DNA of 64,000 bases from the human T2T-CHM13v2.0 reference genome, Homo sapiens. Shown here piece by piece: positions 26,279 to 41,248 of the stretch. The notes beneath the pieces were generated by a model, which was not told the origin of the DNA, ran no database searches, and was given only the letters and a program-made list of their open reading frames with translations. Position numbers and translations under genes: made by a program. The stretch lies in the NCBI RefSeq assembly GCF_009914755.1, contig NC_060933.1; one strand, 5' to 3'. How positions within the stretch are numbered: position 1 is the stretch's first letter; each line of letters begins with the position of its first letter.

Positions 26279-28439
26279 TTATTTCCACCTCTGCTTAGCA
26301 GGACTGACATTGTCTCCACACCAGACAAACCCTCTAATGCCAAACTAAATAGGATGCATTTATAGGGGTGCCTGGCCTCTATTTCTTCCTCATTTAGGAA
26401 AATCATAAAGCATGCAGAAAATAACCCAGACAAATGTGCCAAGATCCTTGAAGACTTGTTCCTGCTTCTCAGGTCAATTAACAAAAAAAGAAACAAGAAA
26501 ATCAGTTTCAAGTTGCATCTCCATAGAAACCCTTTCTCAATATCAACTCAGCAGTGTTAGACAGTTTTCTTCACACAATTATACTAGTTGAGCTGAGAGA
26601 TTCAAAATAACAGTGGATGAGGTAAAGAAAGTTCTAATTTGATTTTGCCAAGGCACAAAGCCTTGCTAAAATTGTGGGTAGACAGTCTAGCACACTTCAA
26701 TTACTAGGAAAAGGTCAATTATTTAAAACACTTTAAATATGTTAGGTTAAATGGCAGCTGAGTCTAAAGGCAAAGGCCATAAAAGAACATGTTCCTTTGT
26801 CCAAACTGCATTCATAAAGTGTGCATTAACCATCCATTAATTTCACTAATAGTCTTTCTATTGTGGGGAAGAGTCTCTCCTCGTTTACAGGGCTCATTTC
26901 CATGTTTTTAGTGCCTGGTGTTAATGACTGTCCCACTACTGCCTCCTCCGTAAGACTCAGGTGGCCCTCACGGCAGAAGTTCTCTTCTAGTTTGCTTCTG
27001 CTACTCAACTCTGCCACTCAGCTTTGCTCAATGTGGAAGTCCTTGCTAACTTCTTTAGAATCTGATACACCCTTAAGGAATGTGTTCCAAAAGCTATGAT
27101 GTCTGTTCCTTCTGTTGTCAACATCACCTTACGCAACTGCAATCTGATTGTACTCTCTCTGGCTGGATATATAGGGCCTGTTGCACACAAACAGAAATGC
27201 AGGCAAGCTTTCCCCCACTGGGTGTGTCACTGACCCTCTTGCTGACACAGAGAGATGTTGCCTCTGATTTGAGTGGCTTTCTCACTCCAAGAGCTGGGAA
27301 CACCCCAACATTCTTAATCTCTTTTTATTTTATCTTTTATCAAAAAGATAACATGAACTTTATTTTATGGGCAAATAAACTTAAGCTAGAAGGGTTGTTG
27401 ACTATCTACCAAAGGTCAGCTTATTGGGACTGGTATGCTGGTCCACTCACCTGTAGCCTACTTTTCTATTAATAGCAAGTCAGGCTTCTGTCTTCAATGA
27501 TGATGATAATGGTAATAATAATAATAACAATAGTATCAAGTGCTTGCCCCGTATGGGGGCTAGGCAGAATGCTATGTGTTTTGTGTGTGTTATATCTCAT
27601 TCTCACCACAATCCAATGCTATAGGTAGTCATGCTATCCATCCATGTTGTACAAATAAGAAAACTTTGGCCCTGAGAATTTGAACAATCTACTGTTTCTA
27701 AACAGTGTCCCTGGTATTTGAACCTAGATTTGGGCCTCAGAGCCCAAGACCTTAACTAAGGTCCTTATTATGTGCCATCAAAAAATATGGGGGTGCTCAC
27801 CCACCTATAAAAAGTAAATTGGAGTAGACCAGCATTCCCATCTTCAATCTGGCATAGTTAACACACCTCAATCCATCCTCTAGGAATGTTCTAGAGGCAG
27901 TCCTCAAGCCCCACAATTCCAGACTAGTAGAAGGTGTGGTCTCTCTTTCAGTCCTCCTATTCCCTTTTATGTCCTCAGATCCTTTCCCAAGGGCTAGCCC
28001 TTTCTTAGAAGGCTGTACCCTCTGGAAGCTGGAGAATGCCACTGTGCTGCTTGTAACTGGTTACCTCAAGTAGGCTGTGGGGTGGCAGTTAGGCGAAGTA
28101 CAGAGAGACTGTGAACTCTTCTCCCGGAGAAGCAGCATCACCACCTGGGGTGAACCTCACCATGGGTGGGCCTGAGAGGAGGTAGTGGGGTGGGCCTCCA
28201 CCATCTGGCCACTGAGGTCCCTGCCTGGGCCTTGGCAGTCCCTCAACATGGGAGGGGGAAGAGCACACACTCTCAGGACTCCACTCAGCCAGGAGTTCTC
28301 CTTGCCAAAGTGGGCCTGGGGTCTCAGCCTCTTTGCTTTGTGACGTCCACCACACAGCTGCTTTGCCAGCTCTAGTGTGCTCCTAGGAGGGCTGGGTTGA
28401 GTGGAGACAGTTCCTGGATTTCATGTTTATATAGTTCTG

Positions 28440-28770
<331 letters not shown>

Positions 28771-31168
28771 TAGTTCTGTGTTGTAGTCATGAGCAGTTGA
28801 GTCCATGCTGAGAGTTTGCATCTCAGGGCATAGGCATAATAGGGGACGGGGAGGACTGCAGTACCTTTACTCCCCAAATGGTTGCTGGGCTCTTACGCAA
28901 ATCTGCCAGCCCTCCGCAGTAGTCTTCAAGGCCCTCATAATACAAAAATCTCTATTTCAGAAAAAGAGAAAATTTAAATTAGAATGCCCCAGATTCCTGG
29001 ATATGTAACTATCCAGGTAAAATTTATACTTATTAATATTAAAATTATTTCACTGCCTCTAGTGTACTATTGCTTGTTCAGTGGTAGCAAATTCAGTCAC
29101 CCACCAACACAGGCAGTAAGTCCTAGATTGGGGCCAATTTAAGACAATAGAGCATGGTGGGCACTCTGGTGATGCTCAGCTGTCTTTAATTATTGCATTG
29201 TTAATATGTGAGCTCAAGGTTGCCAGGTTTTCTGATTTTAAAAGGAGCAAGATATCTGGACTTTCAAATGAAATTTGATTTTTAAATATTGGCAGGAAAA
29301 TGATTACAAAACAACACAAATCCCATATGAAGGACTTCTAACTTTTAGTAGTGGTGGACTAGGTGATTCAAACTAACCTTCCCTCTGTAAAGAGCTGAAA
29401 GAAATATATTAAAGCATCTTATTAAAAGCATGGTTGACCAATGACCTAATAAAACAGTAACAAGAACAGGAAAAGGGTTGGCACTCAGGAAAATGAGCCA
29501 AAGCTCTTTCTGTCCTAGGGAATTTGTCCATCTAGGAGAGGTACTAAAGAAGAGGTGCTTTTGATGACTGGCACAGGGTAAAGGTGACAGGCATCAGGTC
29601 CAGGTGGAGGAGGATCTGGTCTATTACAGTCTGCCTCTGCTAACCAGGAGACTAACCAAAGAGGCAGCAAAGAGGCAGACCTGTGTGGCATTTTCGTGTG
29701 GCCAAAAGAAATATGGTTAGTTAAGTACACATCAAAGGCAGAGATCCTGGCTTAACAATCCCTGCTCTAGGGTGTAAACTTGAAGAAGACCATTCCAAAG
29801 GTGGTATACAGACTGTACTCCAGAGGATTATAAATCCATGGCTCTGATCTTCTGGCTCCCTGAGGAGTCTCATGAAAGGAAATGAAGGAAACTAACAATA
29901 TTCTAGGTCTCCAGTTATTTCTATAAGCAATTTTTCAAACAAAATGGGCACCAAACAATAAAAGATTATAAAGCACTTGGATACACAAAGCAACACATAC
30001 CAGAATCAACAGAAACAACATACCACAGAAAAAGATCTATAGATACTGGAATTTATTCAATACACACTGTAAAATAGTTATTTTCACTATGTTCATGGAA
30101 ATAAAGCACTGAATGTAAAAACATCAGCAAATAACTGAAAACTATAAAAATACACCAAGATGTTGAAATTAAAGAGCTGAGAAAGATAACCAAAATTAAG
30201 AACATAAATGGATTTAACAGCAGCTGAAGAATATCAGTGAACTTAAAATATTTCAGAAGAAACTATGCATCTGATTTTTCAGTTTAGTCCTTATGATTTG
30301 CAGAACAAAGAATATAAGATTGCTGCCTTTGGAAGATGAAAGATCATATTCGGAAAAATACAGAATAGAGGGTAAGAGACACAAAGGATACAGTGAGAAG
30401 TGCTAACATAATTTAGTTGGAGTCTCAAAAGAGGAGACAGAAACTTGGGTATAGGCAACACTGGAAAAAATGATAGGTGAAGATTTCCCAGAACCAATGA
30501 AGGAGGTCAGCCCACTGATTCTAGAAAGCCAAGCAGGATATATAAAAATAAATTCACATCTAGACACATCAGGCTAAAATTGCAGAAAATCAAAGGCAAA
30601 GAATAGTTTGATTGACAACTAATTTTTCTTTATCAACACTAAAAATAAGGAGACTGATGGCTTAGAACTCTTAATCTAGTGAAACTTTCCTTCTAAAATG
30701 AAAGCGAAATAAACACATCTTCAGATAAACAAAAGCTGAGAGAGTATCTACACAAAAAGAAATTCTCAAGGATATTCTTCAGGAAGAAGGAAAATTATCC
30801 CAGATAGATATTTGGAATAAAATGCAGCAAGGAATAAAAGAAATGTTAAAAATAGGAGTTGGTATAAATGAACATTGGCTGTATAAAATATTAATAATTG
30901 CTGAAATATGTATATTAATTAATATGGAGAATTAAATTATACAACCACAGTAACTAAACACCATGAGCATAATTGTAGTTAAGGTAAGATCCTTGAATAT
31001 ATTGGAAGAAAATAAAGGTATAGATAAATACTAGACTTTGATAGGTCAAGGATTCATGTTGTAGTTTCTAGGTAACGATTAAAAAAAATAGAAGGAAATT
31101 ACATAACTTCTTAAGAGAGGAAAACATAGGAACTTTAAAAAATTGAGAAAGAAAAACAGCTAGGTCAA

Positions 31169-31260
31169 TTTCATCCATGTATACATATGTAACTAACCTG
31201 CACAATGTGCACATGTACCCTAAAACTTAAAGTATAATAAAAAAAAATTAAAAAAAAAAA
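31169..31260 (+). mobile_element. Very short young L1 (L1PA2/L1HS-like) 3' end with 5' inversion
   Basis: catgtatacatatgtaactaacctgcacaatgtgcacatgtaccctaaaacttaaagtataat + poly(A); perfect TSD GAAAAACAGCTAGGTCAA at 31151-31168 and 31261-31278. Confidence 0.92.
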
Positions 31261-31371
31261 GAAAAACAGCTAGGTCAAGTAAAAAGCACATAAGGTGGTG
31301 GATTTAAACTTGAATTTACTGGTTATTACTTTAAATATAAGTGAACTAACTGCTGTAGGAAAAAGACAATG

Positions 31372-31486
31372 TAATGGTGATTCATACCTGTAATCCCAGC
31401 ACTTTCAGAGGCCAAGGTGGTAGGATTGCTTAAGCCTGGGAGTTTGAGACCAGCCTGGGCAACATAAGGAGACCTTGTCTTTACAA

Positions 31487-31525
<39 letters not shown>

Positions 31526-31692
31526 AATTAGCCAGGTGTGATGGTGTGCACTTGTAGTCCTAGCTAATTGGGAGGCTGAGGTGAGAGGATTGCTCAAGCC
31601 TGGGAAATTGATGATGCAGTCAGCCATGATCATACCACTGCGCTCCAGCTTGAGTGACAGAGTGAGACCCTGTCTCAAAAAAAAAAAAAAAG
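31372..31692 (+). mobile_element. AluJ with a (TAAA)n expansion in the middle A-rich linker
   Basis: Alu dimer; TAAA repeats at about 31486-31527. Confidence 0.88.
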
Positions 31693-32639
31693 ACAACTAT
31701 AAGCTCGTTATAAAAAATACATCTTTTATACATAAAAATACAGAAAATTTGAAAGTTAAAAGACGGAAAAAGATATACAAATGATAACCTAAAACTAGCT
31801 CTATTATTTCAGATAAAATAGACTTTAAGGTCAAAAGCATTGCTAAAGATAAAGAGAGACTCTTCAAACTGATAAAAGAGTTAAATCCCCCAGGAAGACA
31901 CAGTAGTTTTAAATTTATAAAGAAAAAAAAAAGAGGGAGAGAGAGATGAAAATGTAAGAAGAAAATAAATCCACAATTGCCCTTGAGTATTTTAGCACCC
32001 CTCTCAGTAATTATTAGAATAAGTATACAATTAGTAAAGAACATAGAATATTTAAACAACTTAGTTAACACACCTGACTTAATAGGCACATATAGATATT
32101 ACACCACGCAACATCAACTCAACGTGTAAATTCTTTTCATGCCACAGGGGACACGTATAAAAATTACCTATATGCTGAGGAATGAAAGAATACAGAGTAT
32201 TATAAGGGCAACTGAATTCGAAAATGAAAACAAAATTGACACAAAAAAAGCTTTTGATAAAATGTATCATCTCTTCATGATAAAAATTCTGTGAATAGGA
32301 ATCAAAGGGAAGTCCTTTAATATCATAAAACGGTATTGCTAAAGAAAAAACCTGGACGTAGGCTATATGTGCTGACAGTATGCTAACAAGGGAGAACGAC
32401 TTGATGGGTTCATTTAGAACTCAAATAGGCTTTGTCTTCAGAAGGACAAGCATCAGTTTTACATATAATTAGAGTATGTTAAATTGTTTGCATTTCCCTG
32501 TGATTGTTATATTTAATAATCCTTAAAAAGGTAATTTTCAAATAGTGTGCCTAGAAACAGGGAAACTTTTGGCATTAAGACAAATATATTTATAAACTTT
32601 CAGAAAATGAAAACTTTTCCCTCAGTATAAGGGCAGTCT

Positions 32640-32880
32640 AGATAGTGAGATACAGCCTAGCTTTGAGGTTAAAAATCACAGTACTGAGTAGGTTCAGAGC
32701 TCAGCTTTGCCACTTGATTGCCATGTGACTGCACAAGTTATGTAATGAGTCCAAGCCTCAGTTTCCTCATCTGTAAAATGAGAATAATACCACCTACCTC
32801 ATAGACTGTTTAGAGATTAATTCAATACATGAATTTGGAATAGCACTTGGCACATTTTGGGTACTCAGTGCCAGCTATTA
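32640..32880 (+). mobile_element. MIR
   Basis: Core gcctcagtttcctcatctgtaaaatgagaataatacc. Confidence 0.8.
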
Positions 32881-33541
32881 CAAAATTACTAAAGAATCAA
32901 AACTTAGAATCCAAGGCACAAAGTATATAAAATGGCAGTGAGGACTGAGAACACTGATCGTGGCTTCCGAAGTCTTTTGGAGAAGAAAGGGAGGAAAAGG
33001 AGGAAAATGGAGAATGGAGAGAGTCCTTTGAGTAACAAACTGGAGAGGCAAAGGTCCTTTTGTTTTTTTAACCTCGGTTTCAATCTTGAAGTTTTATTTC
33101 TGCTAACCATTTGGTAAAGGCAGAGGAGATCCTAATTTCCCTTTGACCTAGCAAGTGTATTCCATGTGAAAGAAACCTGGAAGCCTAGTGTGGATATACC
33201 CAATGAAGAGAAATGTGAAGACATGTGAGGGACATTTGGGAGGGATGGGGATCTGAACCAATTAGTAATTCCCCATCCTTTTACAATGTTTTGGTGGCAG
33301 AAGGTGAGGGGAGAGGTGGATAGAAAGAAAGAAGAGAGGAACAGGGAAACCATGGCCAGGGAAACAGTCCTAACAATTTAAACTGACAACTCTTGCAGGT
33401 AGGTTTGTAGTATTCAGCAGCACAGTGAAAGGGCTCAGAGATTGTGCCTAAAGCCTCTCAGCTGCTCCTACAGACAGCGGCCAGTGCTCTTGCTCTCTCC
33501 CCTTCTCCATCCACACAGGGCATGGAGCCAATTAGAGCTCA

Positions 33542-33791
<250 letters not shown>

Positions 33792-34868
33792 ATCTGAGCC
33801 TTTTATATCAGGGGCTCACATGAACAAGTCTCTTGTAAAAAGAAGCTCTCTCTGATGAAACTGAGAACAGATAGCAGACTCACGCAAGCTCCGGATGGTG
33901 GGGCAGTGTGTTAAGGAAACAATGGGGATGAGAATGAGGAAGTAGATGGGGAGAAATAGAATCAGAGGGTTTGGCAACTGCTTGGATGTACAGGAAAGGG
34001 AGAAGGACCCACCAACAAGTACTTCCAGCTGAGCAGATTGAGAGTTCAGAGGGACCTGCTCCTAGCAGGAAAGAGAAGGTGGAACCATGGACTGGCATAG
34101 CGAGGAAGTTAATTTTGGTTTGCAAGATGTTACATTTCATATTTTGGGTTTGTTGGTGGTAGAATACTGGACCATGATGGTACCTCCAAACAATCTAAGA
34201 GAAACACATTTTGAGTGTTTATCTTATTAATTGTGATTTTATTTTAATTTGCTTAAAATTTTTGATTTTAATACGCAAAGAGACCAAAGTTAGCTCAAGA
34301 AAGTCAAGAGTAGGGTCTGTCACATGTCCAAATCTCAGAGACTAGACCTGGAGTATGGTTACCACCTCAGGCCTTCCTATTGGGAGGTAATGGATCTTTA
34401 GAGATAATTGGGAGTCATGCCATTGTTTTCTCTCTACCAACTCCTTTATTATTTCCTTCTGCTCTCTTTAATTCTTCTCCTGGTTTCACCCTGCTTTCTT
34501 ATAATTTTTTGTCACCTTTCTCAGAGTCTCTGCTTTCTCATAATCCAGGATTACCATGGAGTCTTATGCCCTCATGGTTAATTAATTATAACCTCGTGAT
34601 TTAGTTCCCACTACTAACTGTCCGTTCTTTCATTACTTACAGTTCAAATCCCCGAGGCAAATAATCTGCTAGGCTAGGTGAAGTTTTTGCCCCAGGCTCT
34701 ATTGTAGGTTGCTAGCCAGCCTCTCTATTGGCTGCCTGTAGGTCAGACAGCCACTTCTGGTCCAATCAGCTGCAGCCAGGGAGTGGGATCATGTGATGCA
34801 AACAATGCAGCCTGGGTTTGGGCTGGAGCAAAGCATTTGACAGGCACAATAATTAGAGTACCTTAGAG

Positions 34869-35050
34869 CAGTGGTCCTCAGAGTGTGGCTCCTGGACCAA
34901 CAGCATCCTGGGAAGCTGTTGGAAATGTCAGTTCTTGGGCCCCAACCCAGACCCCTTGAATCAGACACTCAGGATGAGGGGTGCTGCAGTCTCCACTTTA
35001 ACAGACCCACCAGGGGATACTGGTGCATGTTCAAGTTCAAGAACCACTCC
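34869..35050. mobile_element. MER5A
   Basis: cagtggtcctcagagtgtgg ... aagttcaagaaccact TIR-bounded element. Confidence 0.8.
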
Positions 35051-35724
35051 CTTAGACTATGCAAAAGCATATTGACTAAAAATGAATGTTTGCATGAAAT
35101 CTGGAGAGAAAGCCTGGCATTCAGGTTTAGCAGGTTTTAAACAAAGTGGGAGTGTTGTTAGTTGATCCTAGGGATCAGGAGAAAGTAGCATTTGTTATAA
35201 ATCTCTATTTTATGGATGCCAGAATGTCAGTGTTTTCTGTTGTTGGATGACCTACCTGCATTTCTGGTTTGTATTGCCTGCCCCGAAAGATGAACTATGG
35301 TAATTATCGTCATCCACACCTATTCACTCTCCACCCATGGCTCCAATCCTTCCCCGACTGTACAAATGCACATTCCTCATAGAGACCAGCCCAGCACTAG
35401 GTTCCCTCCACAGATTCTGACAAATCTTGCTTGATAAGTGATTATGATTCTGGTTAGGGTATTGTTTTCCTCCGAAAAATCAGTTAACTATTTACTTTGA
35501 GTCTTGTGACATTCAGATCATTTACATCCTTCCTGTCTATTGCTTGTCCCAGAGTAAGAAGTTCAGTTTGTTAGGGTTGTTTTTTTTTTAATGGATCTAA
35601 TTTACATGAAAGTGGATTATAACAATGACATAAAGCAAAAGAGAAGATGGGAGAGAAAGTAAAAAGAGAAACTCTGTCTTTCCAGGGAGTATGGACAAGT
35701 TAAAACCTAATCTAGGATTTATGT

Positions 35725-35895
35725 GGGCTAGGATTAATGTGAGGTTAACTGGGTGCAAAATTTAAGTGGGTGTGGATGCCAAAATACTCAGTAATCAAGA
35801 TAAATATCGTAGTGCAATTTTTAAAAAATCAAAATCAATGTCCAAAAAATTCATGATAAACATAGTGTCAAAACTTTAAATAGAGAGAGGATCCA
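35725..35895 (+). mobile_element. MER96B-like hAT fragment
   Basis: gggtgcaaaatttaag...ctcagtaatcaagataaata...aaaaaatcaaaat. Confidence 0.65.
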
Positions 35896-36979
35896 ATACC
35901 CCCTGTAGCCTGTCTACATTAATGGACAGCAAACATCCAGAAAACCCTGCAAGGTGGCAGAAGATGCCATCTTGAAAGGATGCAAGGCCTGCTTGGTTTG
36001 GAGCAAGATAAGCGTTCACTGCTTCCTACTGTTGACTGTAGAAGAAATATGTTAGGCACTCTAAAAAACACTGGAATTAGAAAAAACAATGCTATACTCT
36101 AACATAATTGATTAAAGTCTCCATTAATTTATTTCCTTTATTCACAAAGGGTTATTTTGGAGTTTCCAGGACATTCACATAACCCACATAACTGAGAACA
36201 CCTCTTCTCCCACTGTCTGCCTGGTTTTGGTCAGGGAGGAAGACTGGTCAGTCCTACCCAACTCCTCATCTGATGTGGGACTCATCTGGTCCAATAGGGT
36301 TGCAATCCCATGATTTCCCTGCTCCTCCCCATTCAGTGCATTTTGTCTTTCTCTCTTTATCCTTGTCACTCTCAGATCTTATATGCAGAACTGTATGATG
36401 GAAAATGCAGTAGAGGAGCCCACTGTATGTTCTTATCCCAGCTCAGCCACCAAACAGATGTGTGACCGTGGGTCAATCCTGTGTCGCACTGGGCTTTAGT
36501 GTCTTCATCTGTGCCATGAAGAAATCAAATGACACCAATCCACATTCCTCTCTGCTTTTGAAATTCTGTGCTTCCAGCTCCATGTTAGAAAACTCACATC
36601 CACAGTTCATAACCCCTCTTTTTGCTCCTCATTCCAACTGCCTCTCCAATTGCCCCAGGAAAATTAACTCCCACCCACCATGAGGCATGGTCGATGACAT
36701 GAGAGAAGAGTTTGGGGTTTACGTGTATCAGAGGAGTGATTTCTAAAGAAAAACATGAGTAAAAACCCGGCACTGTTGACCCTCCCACATGCACACAATG
36801 TCCTCCAGGAATGCCCACAGGAGTCTCTATTTGCCTTATCATCTTTTCATCAAATATATCATTCATTTACTCCACAAAGATGTATTGAGTATCTCCTAAG
36901 CAGTAGATACTTTCCTTAGCCCTGAATAAGACAAAGTTTCTGCCCTCATCATGTGGCCACTCATTCTAGCACATATATA

Positions 36980-37300
36980 CTGTCATGCACGGCGTAGTGA
37001 TATCTCTGTCAACAACAGACCACATATTCCATGGTGGCCCCATAGGATTGGAATGGAGCATGTATAGAAACCTGCTACATGGCACTTGATATTGATGTTG
37101 CGAATCAACTAGGGGAAATGATTGATATTTAGTGATGGTGCTGGGACATTTGGTTTCCCATATGAAAAACAATATATAAATAAAAAGATATATACCATCT
37201 AGGTTTGTGTAAGTACACTCTATAATGTTTGCACAAGGATGAAATTGCCTAACGATGCATTTCTCAGAATGTATCCCCATCATTAAGTGATACATGACTG
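36980..37300. mobile_element. Tigger3a/MER7A-like element
   Basis: c(a/t)gtcatgca ... tacatgactg ends; gtttgtgtaagtacactcta and gcatttctcagaatgtatcccc. Confidence 0.8.
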
Positions 37301-37362
37301 TTTAATTTATACACTCAGGGAAGAAAAAATATATTAGTTTATTAGCCTTAAAAATGGGAGCT

Positions 37363-37820
<458 letters not shown>

Positions 37821-39811
37821 TCAGTGAGGTGGTCTTCTTCCCAAACACTCATATTTCCCGGAAGGCAGATGACTCCATGGCATCTGTGCCGGATTAGCCC
37901 AGGCTCTTGGCTCAGGATGGGAGTCCTCATATTTAGGAGTTTCCTCATGTGGCATTTTCTTCCCTTCAGCTTGCATAAGCACCACGGAAGCCCTCTTCTC
38001 TGACATGAACAGAAGAAGGGACAAGTGCTTGGTTGATGAATCCAGAAACAGAGTTAAGTAGGTCCACTATACACATAGATATCCTATTACATTTGTATCA
38101 TAAAACATATAAATGTACATGCATTTGCCAGTATTTTGATTTTGGCCCAAGACCTGTTCTTTAATATGAGCATACTGTTTGCCATTGTGATCCTCTTTCT
38201 TCAAAAGATTCCCACTCATAATTCATCATCTATAATATCTGTCTTTGATTCCTTTATATTACAGCGGGAACTTAAGGACAATTGTGAAGCAACCTGAAAA
38301 AATAATTCTTCTATAATTTTAAAATTTCTCCCTAATATTTTGTAGTATCTCACCCACATCTAATTTGACAGGATTAGCTAATCACCATTATCTGTTCTTT
38401 CCAAAACACTCAACTTAATTTTCATAGAAAAAAAGTCTTCTTATTTGCATTCACGTTTCATTGGTTTACATATAATTAAATTGCATAGTCTCAATAATTA
38501 GTACAATAGGCATTAACATATTGGGAACAAACTTAACTGACTCCTGATAAACACAGAACTCAACTGCTGAAGGGAGAAGTAGGTGAGCATATTAGAAAGT
38601 GATCTTTTGGTCACGGACATCTAGTGAGCTACGGACGTGAGTCAGGATGTTTTACTGAAGAAGTGGAAAGCACGCGTTAGTTTGTAGAGTTAAGTGGAGA
38701 TCAGAAAAGAGAACTTCTCTGGTGTTTACAGTATTTGTTAAAACTTGCTTCCCCGCCCTTTTGCCAATAGGTACCACCACTTAAAGATGTGGAGTCAAAA
38801 AATCTTGAAATTTACAATGATGTAAAACTGAATATGTTTTAATCCTTTAGTTCCGTAAGGTTCAAATTCATTTTCATTGCATTTTCTTAAAATAATAGGA
38901 TAGTATATGTTTATCTTTATTCACCCTCTAAAACCTCAGCTAAAGTGATTGAGTTTAACTTCACTCTCTTTTTCTGTCTGAGTTTAACTTCTTTGATAGG
39001 TGTTAATGAAGAATTACATAACCAAAAAGGGGGAGCAGGAAAGAGGGAAGAGAAGACAGGAAGAGGAGCAAAAACTAATAATTGAATTTCTGTACAAAAT
39101 GGGCACTTTGCTCCTAAAGAATAGAGATCCCTCTATCTTGGCATCACATGGGATATGTCCTGGCAAAATGTGCCAGTGTAAAATGTTTCTGGGCACCAAC
39201 AGGGTTATTAAGAGGAAAAGAATCCCTTCTGTTTTTACGAATCAAGATGATCAACACGGAACCGGAGGAAAGTGCCACTTTCTTGTGTTCTAGATTTTCA
39301 TTTTTCTTCCAGCTTCCAGGAGTCTATGTGAGCTTGTCCATCTAGCCATCTTCATAGAGTAAGATAATTTAATACATGTAACCATAAATTGCTGCCAGAT
39401 CAATATTTCCAAAGCACAGCTGTGATGTCACCTTTCAGCCCAAAACACTTCAATGCCTCCCCTTGCCTAATGAATTAAAACCTTACACCTCACTCTAGCA
39501 TTTAGGTCCCTCCCAACAAGACTGGCTCACATCTCTCAGGATTCTTCTGTATCTACATGCCACTCAGGACACAATGGATTGCTTGTGATGTCTTGTACCT
39601 TGTGCATTTCCTTGTGTTCCTGTTGTGTGGATTGGAATGTGTGCACTCCCTTTATGCATGGGAATAGGTTAGGGCCCACAAGGAACTGAATTCCTCTCCC
39701 CCTCCCAAAATGCAAGCCTTCTTTTCCTGAATTACAGAATTTTTGTTTCTTCCATTATCCTAATATTACCCAAACTTCTTTTCTATCAGTATCTCTATAT
39801 TAATAGGTGTC

Positions 39812-40124
39812 TTTATTTTTTATTTTATTTTTATTTTTTCTTTTTAGAGACAGGCAGGGTCTCACTTTGTCACCCAGGTTGGAATGCAGTTATGCAATCA
39901 TAGTTCACTGTAACCTTGAACTTCTGGGCTCAAGCCATCCTCCCATCTCAGCCTACCGAGTAGCTAGGACTATAGGCACACACCACTGCACTCAGCTAAT
40001 TCTTATTTTTTGTAGAGATGCGGTCTATGTTGTTCAGGCTGGTATTAAACTCCTGGCTCAAGTGATCCTCTGCCTCAGCCTTCCAAAATATTGGGATTAC
40101 AGGCATGAGCCACCACGCGTGGCC
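39812..40124 (-). mobile_element. AluJ
   Basis: Diverged antisense Alu; TSD aataggtgtcttta / aatatttgtcttta. Confidence 0.88.
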
Positions 40125-40749
40125 AATATTTGTCTTTAAATTGACTCACTTTGTTTTTACCTCAATCTACTTATTTATTATAAAAGTACTCTACATGGAA
40201 AAAACAATACCACTTGATAAATATAAGCACATCATGAACATGAATTCAATAAAAACATTCAGTGACATTACATTCTAGCTGGGTAACTCCTGAGGCATGC
40301 ACTATCTTGGTTAAATTGTTAAAGATTGGCAGCAAACAGAGTTTCTCCTTGATGAAATCAGAAGGATTGAAGAACGGAAAATAGACTGATTTTCTCACTG
40401 TTTTATTAGCAATACCATATCCATGCACCACTGAAAATCATTGTGAGTGTTGCATGCTCCACACCTCGGAAAACAATGCCTCAATCCCATGAAACAATAA
40501 GAAAGAAATGAGTCTTCCTCCTTCTCATGTCCTTCAACTTCCCAAGAACCTATTCCTTAGGCTTCTAAAGCGTGCCCACCTCCTCCAGAAAACCCACTGA
40601 GGTGCCTCATAAGCCCAGTGTTACGTAATGGGAAGGCATGATCAGTCATTTCTGCAACGTTGGCCAATGAATTGGTCTGTCATTTCAGAAACATCAGGAT
40701 TGTGGGTTCTTTAAATCCATGGCCCTAGGATGAAGAATGAGCTTTTATT

Positions 40750-40752
<3 letters not shown>

Positions 40753-40803
<51 letters not shown>
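40753..40803. repeat. (GT)~25 microsatellite
   Basis: Uninterrupted dinucleotide run. Confidence 0.97.
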
Positions 40804-40804
<1 letters not shown>

Positions 40805-41158
40805 TGAGGATGAGGGTGTAGCAGCAGAAGACTGGAGTTTTTCTGAACTCCCTTAATTCACAATGCTGTCTTCATACAGTGCTCTCATGTTTGGTAGTTG
40901 GGTTGTACATTTTCCTATTATAGATAAATTTCTTTTGAAGCTGGTTAAGACTTTGGAGATCACCTTCTCCCCCTACTCTCCTGCCCTGCCCATTCCAACT
41001 ACCATTGGTGGAGGAGGAAGCAAATGTCCTGCTCATGAAGACTGCCTGTAAACAGTGAATTGGAATCTGAGTCCAGATGCTTATGGTAGAAATCCATCAG
41101 AATGCCCCAAAATGTAACTGACTTGAGTTGTTCACAGACTTTCCTTTTCCTTTTGCAG

Positions 41159-41248
41159 GCAGTGCTGAGCCCTCTCATAGCCATCGCACTGAAAATATCC
41201 CAGATTCATGAGAGAACTGGCCGGAGGGGACCCACTGTCATCACCTGA
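41159..41248 (+). CDS. PGM5: PGM5 terminal coding exon ([29 protein letters not shown])
   Basis: Polypyrimidine tract and ttttgcAG end at 41158; in frame with the previous exon; typical PGM C-terminus TGRxxPTVIT; TGA at 41246-41248. Confidence 0.96.
   Translation, partial: AVLSPLIAIALKISQIHERTGRRGPTVIT

Larger units (their letters stand above)
29900..32345 (+). mobile_element. Old L1M fragments (ORF1 / 5' ORF2 region), interrupted by younger insertions
   Basis: Very A-rich strand; tcagataaaatagactttaagg and acatctagacacatc L1 motifs; no intact ORF. Confidence 0.7.
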
